64,000 nt of DNA, taken from NCBI RefSeq assembly GCF_009914755.1, contig NC_060937.1; one strand, written 5' to 3'. Shown here piece by piece: positions 1 to 10,000 of this stretch; the stretch's first letter is position 1, and each line of letters opens with the position of its first letter. This DNA comes from the human T2T-CHM13v2.0 reference genome, Homo sapiens. The translations under genes were made by a program, and so were the position numbers. The notes under the pieces are model-generated. The model was given only the letters and a program-made list of their open reading frames with translations. It ran no database searches and was not told the DNA's origin.

Positions 1-5
1 GATAT

Positions 6-22
6 TCCCGTTTCCAACGAAA
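6..22 (-). promoter_or_regulatory. CENP-B box (TTTCGTTGGAAACGGGA); recurs at 1876 and in every 11-mer
   Basis: The + strand tcccgtttccaacgaaa is the reverse complement of consensus YTTCGTTGGAARCGGGA. Confidence 0.95.
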
Positions 23-343
23 TCATTAGAGCTATCCAAATATCCACTTACAGTTTCTACAAAAAGAGTGTTTCCAAACTGCTGCATCAAAAGAGAGGTT
101 CCACTCTGTTAGCTGAGTACACACATCACAAACTTGTTTCTGAGAATCCTTCTGTGTCGTTTTTATGGGAAGATATTTACTTTTTCACCGTAGGCATCAA
201 AGCGCTCCAAATGTCCACATCCAGATACTCCAGAAAGAGTGTTTCAAACCTGCTCTATGAAAGGGAATCTTCAACTCTATGAGTTGAATGCAGACATCAG
301 AAAGAAATTTCTGAGAATGCTGCTGTCTACCTTTTATTTGAAT

Positions 344-360
344 TCCCGCTTCCAACGAAA
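344..360 (-). promoter_or_regulatory. CENP-B box (TTTCGTTGGAAGCGGGA); present in every unit
   Basis: + strand tcccgcttccaacgaaa; exact consensus match. About 168 core-intact boxes are expected across the window (5 per 11-mer, 3 per 7-mer, plus 4 in the partial ends). Confidence 0.95.
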
Positions 361-516
361 TCCTCCAAGCTATCCAAATATCCACTTGCAGATTCCACAA
401 AAAGAGTGTTTCAAAACTGCTCTCTATCAATGGCAAAGTTCAACTCTGTTAGTTGAGGACACATATCACCAACAAGTTTCTGAGAATGCTTCTGTCTATT
501 TTTTATGGGAAGATAT

Positions 517-533
517 TTCCTTTTTCACCGTAG
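517..533 (-). promoter_or_regulatory. pJalpha box of an A-type monomer (CTACGGTGAAAAAGGAA); representative copy
   Basis: + strand ttcctttttcaccgtag sits at the position equivalent to the CENP-B box in alternate monomers. Confidence 0.8.
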
Positions 534-683
534 GCGTCAAGGCGATCGAAATGTCCACTTCCACAAACTACAAAAAGAGTGTTTCAAACCTGCTCTATGA
601 AAGGCCATGTTCATCTCTATGAGTCGAATGGAAATATCCGAAAGAAATTTCTGGGAATGCTGCTGTCTAGTTTTTATACGAAT

Positions 684-700
684 TCCCGCTTCCAACGAAA
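684..700 (-). promoter_or_regulatory. CENP-B box; present in every unit
   Basis: + strand tcccgcttccaacgaaa. Confidence 0.95.
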
Positions 701-1024
701 TCCTCAAAGCAATCCAAATATCCACTTGCAGAATCCACAAAAAGAGTGTTTCAAAACTGCTCTATCAATAGAAAGGTTCAACTCTTTTAGTTGAGTACAC
801 ACATCACAAACAAGTTTCTGAGAATGCTTCTGTCTGGCTTTTATTGGAAGACGTTTCCTTTTCACCAAAGGCATCAAAGCGCTCCAAATGTCCACTTCCA
901 GATTCTTCCAAAAGAGTGTTTGAAACGTGCTCAAAGTAAGGGAATGTTCAACTCTGTGACTTGAATGCAGATATCACCAAGTAGTTTCTAATAGTGCTTC
1001 TGTCTAGATTTTAGATGATGATAT

Positions 1025-1041
1025 TCCCGTTTCCAACGAAA
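1025..1041 (-). promoter_or_regulatory. CENP-B box; present in every unit
   Basis: + strand tcccgtttccaacgaaa. Confidence 0.95.
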
Positions 1042-1195
1042 TCGTTAGAGCTATCCAAATATCCACTTACAGTTTCTACAAAAAGAGTGTTTCCAAACTG
1101 CTGCATCAAAAGAAAGGTTCAACTCTGTTAGTTGAGGACACACATCACAAAGAAGTTTGTGAGAATGCTTCTGTCTAGATTTTGTATGACCATAT

Positions 1196-1212
1196 TCCCT
1201 TTTCCAGCGATA
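1196..1212 (-). other. Degenerate, predicted non-binding CENP-B box in the monomer that breaks A/B alternation
   Basis: + strand tcccttttccagcgata (tcccttttccaacgata in 7-mers). On the minus strand ATCG replaces TTCG and AGGG replaces CGGG, so both core half-sites of NTTCGNNNNANNCGGGN are broken. Confidence 0.85.
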
Positions 1213-1285
1213 TCATTAAAGCAATCTAAATATCCATTTGCAGAATCCACAAAAATAGAGTTTCAAAGCTGCTCTGTAAAAAGAA

Positions 1286-1575
1286 AGGTTCCACTCTGTT
1301 AGCTGAGTACACACATCACAAACTTGTTTCTCAGAATCCTTCTGTCTCGTTTTTATGGGAAGATATTTACTTTTTCACCGTAGGCATCAAAGCGCTCCAA
1401 ATGTCCACATCCAGATACTCCAGAAAGAGTGTTTCAAACCTGCTCTATGAAAGGGAATCTTCAACTCTATGAGTTGAATGCAGACATCAGAAAGAAATTT
1501 CTGAGAATGCTGCTGTCTACCTTTTATTTGAATTCCCGCTTCCAACGAAATCCTCCAAGCTATCCAAATATCCAC
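1286..1575. repeat. ~290 bp internal direct repeat within the 11-mer (copies at 96-385, 1286-1575, 1966-2255)
   Basis: The stretch aggttccactctgttagctgag...tatccaaatatccac is identical between copies except at a few polymorphic sites; offsets are 1190 and 680 bp. Confidence 0.9.
1534..1550 (-). promoter_or_regulatory. CENP-B box in the 11-mer-specific 680 bp block
   Basis: + strand tcccgcttccaacgaaa. Confidence 0.95.
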
Positions 1576-2108
1576 CTGCATTTTCCACAAAAAGAGCGTT
1601 TCAAAACTGCTCTATCAATAGAAATGTTCAACTCCTTTGGCTGGGTACACACATCACAAACAAGTTTCTGAGAATGCTTCTGTCTAGTTTTTATGGGAAG
1701 ACATTCCCTTTTTCACCAAAGGCATCAAAGCGCTCCAAATGTCCACTTCCAGACACTACAAAAAGAGTGTTTCCAACGTGCTCTAAGAAAGCGAATGTTC
1801 AACTCTGTGACTTGAATGCAGATATCACAAAGTAGTTTCTGAGAGGGCTTCTGTCTAGATTTTAGATGATGATATTCCCGTTTCCAACGAAATCATTAGA
1901 GCTATCCAAATATCCACTTACAGTTTCTACAAAAAGAGTATTTCCAAACTGCTGCATCAAAAGAGAGGTTCCACTCTGTTAGCTGAGTACACACATCACA
2001 AACTTGTTTCTCAGAATCCTTCTGTCTCGTTTTTCTGGGAAGATATTTACTTTTTCACCGTAGGCATCAAAGCGCTCCAAATGTCCACATCCAGATACTC
2101 CAGAAAGA

Positions 2109-3976
2109 GTGTTTCAAACCTGCTCTATGAAAGAGAATCTTCAACTCTATGAGTTGAATGCAGACATCAGAAAGAAATTTCTGAGAATGCTGCTGTCTAC
2201 CTTTTATTTGAATTCCCGCTTCCAACGAAATCCTCCAAGCTATCCAAATATCCACTTGCAGATTCCACAAAAAGAGTGTTTCAAAACTGCTCTCTATCAA
2301 TGGCAAAGTTCAACTCTGTTAGTTGAGGACACATATCACCAACAAGTTTCTGAGAATGCTTCTGTCTATTTTTTATGGGAAGATATTTCCTTTTTCACCG
2401 TAGGCGTCAAGGCGATCGAAATGTCCACTTCCACAAACTACAAAAAGAGTGTTTCAAACCTGCTCTATGAAAGGCCATGTTCATCTCTATGAGTCGAATG
2501 GAAATATCCGAAAGAAATTTCTGGGAATGCTGCTGTCTAGTTTTTATACGAATTCCCGCTTCCAACGAAATCCTCAAAGCAATCCAAATATCCACTTGCA
2601 GAATCCACAAAAAGAGTGTTTCAAAACTGCTCTATCAATAGAAAGGTTCAACTCTTTTAGTTGAGTACACACATCACAAACAAGTTTCTGAGAATGCTTC
2701 TGTCTGGCTTTTATTGGAAGACGTTTCCTTTTCACCAAAGGCATCAAAGCGCTCCAAATGTCCACTTCCAGATTCTTCCAAAAGAGTGTTTGAAACGTGC
2801 TCAAAGTAAGGGAATGTTCAACTCTGTGACTTGAATGCAGATATCACCAAGTAGTTTCTAATAGTGCTTCTGTCTAGATTTTAGATGATGATATTCCCGT
2901 TTCCAACGAAATCGTTAGAGCTATCCAAATATCCACTTACAGTTTCTACAAAAAGAGTGTTTCCAAACTGCTGCATCAAAAGAAAGGTTCAACTCTGTTA
3001 GTTGAGGACACACATCACAAAGAAGTTTGTGAGAATGCTTCTGTCTAGATTTTGTATGACCATATTCCCTTTTCCAGCGATATCATTAAAGCAATCTAAA
3101 TATCCATTTGCAGAATCCACAAAAATAGAGTTTCAAAGCTGCTCTGTAAAAAGAAAGGTTCCACTCTGTTAGCTGAGTACACACATCACAAACTTGTTTC
3201 TCAGAATCCTTCTGTCTCGTTTTTATGGGAAGATATTTACTTTTTCACCGTAGGCATCAAAGCGCTCCAAATGTCCACATCCAGATACTCCAGAAAGAGT
3301 GTTTCAAACCTGCTCTATGAAAGGGAATCTTCAACTCTATGAGTTGAATGCAGACATTAGAAAGAAATTTCTGAGAATGCTGCTGTCTACCTTTTATTTG
3401 AACTCCCGCTTCCAACGAAATCCTCCAAGCTATCCAAATATCCACTTGCATTTTCCACAAAAAGAGTGCTTCAAAACTGCTCTATCAATAAATGTTCAAC
3501 TCCTTTAGCTGGGTGCACACATCACAAACAAGTTTCTGAGAATGCTTCTGTCTAGTTTTTATGGGAAGACATTCCCTTTTTCACCAAAGGCATCAAAGCG
3601 CTCCAAATGTCCACTTCCAGACACTACAAAAAGAGTGTTTCCAACGTGCTCTAAGAAAGCGAATGTTCAACTCTGTGACTTGAATGCAGATATCACAAAG
3701 TAGTTTCTGAGAGGGCTTCTGTCTAGATTTTAGATGATGATATTCCCGTTTCCAACGAAATCATTAGAGCTATCCAAATATCCACTTACAGTTTCTACAA
3801 AAAGAGTGTTTCCAAACTGCTGCATCAAAAGAGAGGTTCCACTCTGTTAGCTGAGTACACACATCACAAACTTGTTTCTCAGAATCCTTCTGTGTCGTTT
3901 TTATGGGAAGATATTTACTTTTTCACCGTAGGCATCAAAGCGCTCCAAATGTCCACATCCAGATACTCCAGAAAGA
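2109..3976 (-). repeat. Variant 11-mer HOR unit, 1868 bp (type b; 5 copies starting 2109, 8907, 22335, 39333, 43071)
   Basis: 2-bp deletion (tcaata--aatg vs tcaatagaaatg, ~3490), EcoRI loss (gaactc at 3400-3405) and linked SNPs; marked by the 69-aa pseudo-ORF. Confidence 0.95.
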
Positions 3977-5846
3977 GTGTTTCAAACCTGCTCTATGAAA
4001 GGGAATCTTCAACTCTATGAGTTGAATGCAGACATCAGAAAGAAATTTCTGAGAATGCTGCTGTCTACCTTTTATTTGAATTCCCGCTTCCAACGAAATC
4101 CTCCAAGCTATCCAAATATCCACTTGCAGATTCCACAAAAAGAGTGTTTCAAAACTGCTCTCTATCAATGGCAAAGTTCAACTCTGTTAGTTGAGGACAC
4201 ATATCACCAACAAGTTTCTGAGAATGCTTCTGTCTATTTTTTATGGGAAGATATTTCCTTTTTCACCGTAGGCGTCAAGGCGATCGAAATGTCCACTTCC
4301 ACAAACTACAAAAAGAGTGTTTCAAACCTGCTCTACGAAAGGCCATGTTCATCTCTATGAGTCGAATGGAAATATCCGAAAGAAATTTCTGGGAATGCTG
4401 CTGTCTAGTTTTTATACGAATTCCCGCTTCCAACGAAATCCTCAAAGCAATCCAAATATCCACTTGCAGAATCCACAAAAAGAGTGTTTCAAAACTGCTC
4501 TATCAATAGAAAGGTTCAACTCTTTTAGTTGAGTACACACATCACAAACAAGTTTCTGAGAATGCTTCTGTCTGGCTTTTATTGGAAGACGTTTCCTTTT
4601 CACCAAAGGCATCAAAGCGCTCCAAATGTCCACTTCCAGATTCTTCCAAAAGAGTGTTTGAAACGTGCTCAAAGTAAGGGAATGTTCAACTCTGTGACTT
4701 GAATGCAGATATCACCAAGTAGTTTCTAATAGTGCTTCTGTCTAGATTTTAGATGATGATATTCCCGTTTCCAACGAAATCGTTAGAGCTATCCAAATAT
4801 CCACTTACAGTTTCTACAAAAAGAGTGTTTCCAAACTGCTGCATCAAAAGAAAGGTTCAACTCTGTTAGTTGAGGACACACATCACAAAGAAGTTTGTGA
4901 GAATGCTTCTGTCTAGATTTTGTATGACCATATTCCCTTTTCCAGCGATATCATTAAAGCAATCTAAATATCCATTTGCAGAATCCACAAAAATAGAGTT
5001 TCAAAGCTGCTCTGTAAAAAGAAAGGTTCCACTCTGTTAGCTGAGTACACACATCACAAACTTGTTTCTGAGAATCCTTCTGTCTCGTTTTTATGGGAAG
5101 ATATTTACTTTTTCACCGTAGGCATCAAAGCGCTCCAAATGTCCACATCCAGATACTCCAGAAAGAGTGTTTCAAACCTGCTCTATGAAAGGGAATCTTC
5201 AACTCTATGAGTTGAATGCAGACATCAGAAAGAAATTTCTGAGAATGCTGCTGTCTACCTTTTATTTGAATTCCCGCTTCCAACGAAATCCTCCAAGCTA
5301 TCCAAATATCCACCTGCATTTTCCACAAAAAGAGCGTTTCAAAACTGCTCTATCAATAGAAATGTTCAACTCCTTTGGCTGGGTACACACATCACAAACA
5401 AGTTTCTGAGAATGCTTCTGTCTAGTTTTTATGGGAAGACATTCCCTTTTTCACCAAAGGCATCAAAGCGCTCCAAATGTCCACTTCCAGACACTACAAA
5501 AAGAGTGTTTCCAACGTGCTCTAAGAAAGCGAATGTTCAACTCTGTGACTTGAATGCAGATATCACAAAGTAGTTTCTGAGAGGGCTTCTGTCTAGATTT
5601 TAGATGATGATATTCCCGTTTCCAACGAAATCATTAGAGCTATCCAAATATCCACTTACAGTTTCTACAAAAAGAGTGTTTCCAAACTGCTGCATCAAAA
5701 GAGAGGTTCCACTCTGTTAGCTGAGTACACACATCACAAACTTGTTTCTCAGAATCCTTCTGTCTCGTTTTTCTGGGAAGATATTTACTTTTTCACCGTA
5801 GGCATCAAAGCGCTCCAAATGTCCACATCCAGATACTCCAGAAAGA

Positions 5847-7036
5847 GTGTTTCAAACCTGCTCTATGAAAGGGAATCTTCAACTCTATGAGTTGAATGCA
5901 GACATCAGAAAGAAATTTCTGAGAATGCTGCTGTCTACCTTTTATTTGAATTCCCGCTTCCAACGAAATCCTCCAAGCTATCCAAATATCCACTTGCAGA
6001 TTCCACAAAAAGAGTGTTTCAAAACTGCTCTCTATCAATGGCAAAGTTCAACTCTGTTAGTTGAGGACACATATCACCAACAAGTTTCTGAGAATGCTTC
6101 TGTCTATTTTTTATGGGAAGATATTTCCTTTTTCACCGTAGGCGTCAAGGCGATCGAAATGTCCACTTCCACAAACTACAAAAAGAGTGTTTCAAACCTG
6201 CTCTATGAAAGGCCATGTTCATCTCTATGAGTCGAATGGAAATATCCGAAAGAAATTTCTGGGAATGCTGCTGTCTAGTTTTTATACGAATTCCCGCTTC
6301 CAACGAAATCCTCAAAGCAATCCAAATATCCACTTGCAGAATCCACAAAAAGAGTGTTTCAAAACTGCTCTATCAATAGAAAGGTTCAACTCTTTTAGTT
6401 GAGTACACACATCACAAACAAGTTTCTGAGAATGCTTCTGTCTGGCTTTTATTGGAAGACGTTTCCTTTTCACCAAAGGCATCAAAGCGCTCCAAATGTC
6501 CACTTCCAGATTCTTCCAAAAGAGTGTTTGAAACGTGCTCAAAGTAAGGGAATGTTCAACTCTGTGACTTGAATGCAGATATCACCAAGTAGTTTCTAAT
6601 AGTGCTTCTGTCTAGATTTTAGATGATGATATTCCCGTTTCCAACGAAATCGTTAGAGCTATCCAAATATCCACTTACAGTTGCTACAAAAACAGTGTTT
6701 CCAAACTGCTGCATCAAAAGAAAGGTTCAACTCTGTTAGTTGAGGACACACGTCACAAAGAAGTTTGTGAGAATGCTTCTGTCTAGATTTTGTATGACGA
6801 TATTCCCTTTTCCAACGATATCGTTAAAGCAATCTAAATATCCATTTGCAGAATCCACAAAAATAGAGTTTCAAAGCTGCTCTGTAAAAAGAAAGGTTCC
6901 ACTCTGTTAGCTGAGTACACACATCACAAACTTGTTTCTCAGAATCCTTCTGTCTCGTTTTTCTGGGAAGATATTTACTTTTTCACCGTAGGCATCAAAG
7001 CGCTCCAAATGTCCACATCCAGATACTCCAGAAAGA
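5847..7036 (-). repeat. 7-mer HOR variant, 1190 bp (single copies at 5847, 10775, 24203, 51059; 23 in total)
   Basis: 1190 bp spacing; lacks the 680 bp four-monomer block of the 11-mer; 3 intact CENP-B boxes. Confidence 0.95.
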
Positions 7037-10000
7037 GTGTTTCAAACCTGCTCTATGAAAGGGAATCTTCAACTCTATGAGTTGAATGCAGACATCAGAA
7101 AGAAATTTCTGAGAATGCTGCTGTCTACCTTTTATTTGAATTCCCGCTTCCAACGAAATCCTCCAAGCTATCCAAATATCCACTTGCAGATTCCACAAAA
7201 AGAGTGTTTCAAAACTGCTCTCTATCAATGGCAAAGTTCAACTCTGTTAGTTGAGGACACATATCACCAACAAGTTTCTGAGAATGCTTCTGTCTATTTT
7301 TTATGGGAAGATATTTCCTTTTTCACCGTAGGCGTCAAGGCGATCGAAATGTCCACTTCCACAAACTACAAAAAGAGTGTTTCAAACCTGCTCTATGAAA
7401 GGCCATGTTCATCTCTATGAGTCGAATGGAAATATCCGAAAGAAATTTCTGGGAATGCTGCTGTCTAGTTTTTATACGAATTCCCGCTTCCAACGAAATC
7501 CTCAAAGCAATCCAAATATCCACTTGCAGAATCCACAAAAAGAGTGTTTCAAAACTGCTCTATCAATAGAAAGGTTCAACTCTTTTAGTTGAGTACACAC
7601 ATCACAAACAAGTTTCTGAGAATGCTTCTGTCTGGCTTTTATTGGAAGACGTTTCCTTTTCACCAAAGGCATCAAAGCGCTCCAAATGTCCACTTCCAGA
7701 TTCTTCCAAAAGAGTGTTTGAAACGTGCTCAAAGTAAGGGAATGTTCAACTCTGTGACTTGAATGCAGATATCACCAAGTAGTTTCTAATAGTGCTTCTG
7801 TCTAGATTTTAGATGATGATATTCCCGTTTCCAACGAAATCGTTAGAGCTATCCAAATATCCACTTACAGTTTCTACAAAAAGAGTGTTTCCAAACTGCT
7901 GCATCCAAAGAAAGGTTCAACTCTGTTAGTTGAGGACACACATCACAAAGAAGTTTGTGAGAATGCTTCTGTCTAGATTTTGTATGACCATATTCCCTTT
8001 TCCAGCGATATCATTAAAGCAATCTAAATATCCATTTGCAGAATCCACAAAAATAGAGTTTCAAAGCTGCTCTGTAAAAAGAAAGGTTCCACTCTGTTAG
8101 CTGAGTACACACATCACAAACTTGTTTCTCAGAATCCTTCTGTCTCGTTTTTATGGGAAGATATTTACTTTTTCACCGTAGGCATCAAAGCGCTCCAAAT
8201 GTCCACATCCAGATACTCCAGAAAGAGTGTTTCAAACCTGCTCTATGAAAGGGAATCTTCAACTCTATGAGTTGAATGCAGACATCAGAAAGAAATTTCT
8301 GAGAATGCTGCTGTCTACCTTTTATTTGAATTCCCGCTTCCAACGAAATCCTCCAAGCTATCCAAATATCCACCTGCATTTTCCACAAAAAGAGCGTTTC
8401 AAAACTGCTCTATCAATAGAAATGTTCAACTCCTTTGGCTGGGTACACACATCACAAACAAGTTTCTGAGAATGCTTCTGTCTAGTTTTTATGGGAAGAC
8501 ATTCCCTTTTTCACCAAAGGCATCAAAGCGCTCCAAATGTCCACTTCCAGACACTACAAAAAGAGTGTTTCCAACGTGCTCTAAGAAAGCGAATGTTCAA
8601 CTCTGTGACTTGAATGCAGATATCACAAAGTAGTTTCTGAGAGGGCTTCTGTCTAGATTTTAGATGATGATATTCCCGTTTCCAACGAAATCATTAGAGC
8701 TATCCAAATATCCACTTACAGTTTCTACAAAAAGAGTGTTTCCAAACTGCTGCATCAAAAGAGAGGTTCCACTCTGTTAGCTGAGTACACACATCACAAA
8801 CTTGTTTCTCAGAATCCTTCTGTCTCGTTTTTCTGGGAAGATATTTACTTTTTCACCGTAGGCATCAAAGCGCTCCAAATGTCCACATCCAGATACTCCA
8901 GAAAGAGTGTTTCAAACCTGCTCTATGAAAGGGAATCTTCAACTCTATGAGTTGAATGCAGACATCAGAAAGAAATTTCTGAGAATGCTGCTGTCTACCT
9001 TTTATTTGAATTCCCGCTTCCAACGAAATCCTCCAAGCTATCCAAATATCCACTTGCAGATTCCACAAAAAGAGTGTTTCAAAACTGCTCTCTATCAATG
9101 GCAAAGTTCAACTCTGTTAGTTGAGGACACATATCACCAACAAGTTTCTGAGAATGCTTCTGTCTATTTTTTATGGGAAGATATTTCCTTTTTCACCGTA
9201 GGCGTCAAGGCGATCGAAATGTCCACTTCCACAAACTACAAAAAGAGTGTTTCAAACCTGCTCTATGAAAGGCCATGTTCATCTCTATGAGTCGAATGGA
9301 AATATCCGAAAGAAATTTCTGGGAATGCTGCTGTCTAGTTTTTATACGAATTCCCGCTTCCAACGAAATCCTCAAAGCAATCCAAATATCCACTTGCAGA
9401 ATCCACAAAAAGAGTGTTTCAAAACTGCTCTATCAATAGAAAGGTTCAACTCTTTTAGTTGAGTACACACATCACAAACAAGTTTCTGAGAATGCTTCTG
9501 TCTGGCTTTTATTGGAAGACGTTTCCTTTTCACCAAAGGCATCAAAGCGCTCCAAATGTCCACTTCCAGATTCTTCCAAAAGAGTGTTTGAAACGTGCTC
9601 AAAGTAAGGGAATGTTCAACTCTGTGACTTGAATGCAGATATCACCAAGTAGTTTCTAATAGTGCTTCTGTCTAGATTTTAGATGATGATATTCCCGTTT
9701 CCAACGAAATCGTTAGAGCTATCCAAATATCCACTTACAGTTTCTACAAAAAGAGTGTTTCCAAACTGCTGCATCAAAAGAAAGGTTCAACTCTGTTAGT
9801 TGAGGACACACATCACAAAGAAGTTTGTGAGAATGCTTCTGTCTAGATTTTGTATGACCATATTCCCTTTTCCAGCGATATCATTAAAGCAATCTAAATA
9901 TCCATTTGCAGAATCCACAAAAATAGAGTTTCAAAGCTGCTCTGTAAAAAGAAAGGTTCCACTCTGTTAGCTGAGTACACACATCACAAACTTGTTTCTC

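Larger units (their letters stand above)
239..2108 (-). repeat. Canonical 11-mer HOR unit, 1870 bp (type a; 14 copies starting 239, 3977, 7037, 11965, 13835, 20465, 25393, 27263, 35083, 41201, 44939, 49189, 52249, 54119)
   Basis: Spacing of 1870 between successive 127-aa pseudo-ORF starts. It is a 1190 bp block plus a 680 bp block, the latter marked by the 80-aa pseudo-ORF. There are 11 box intervals between 6 and 1876. The register is arbitrary. Confidence 0.95.

Noticed and set aside
239-622. 127-aa ORF and the other 67-88 aa ORFs repeated in every unit
   Set aside because: Chance open frames in alpha satellite. They overlap on both strands, recur with HOR period, show no recognisable domain, and several begin at non-ATG codons (GTG at 239). 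Used only as positional markers.
4243-4509. 88-aa ORF present only twice (4243 and 45205)
   Set aside because: Created by the single T>C (TGA>CGA) at 4336/45298; it marks the duplication and is not a gene.
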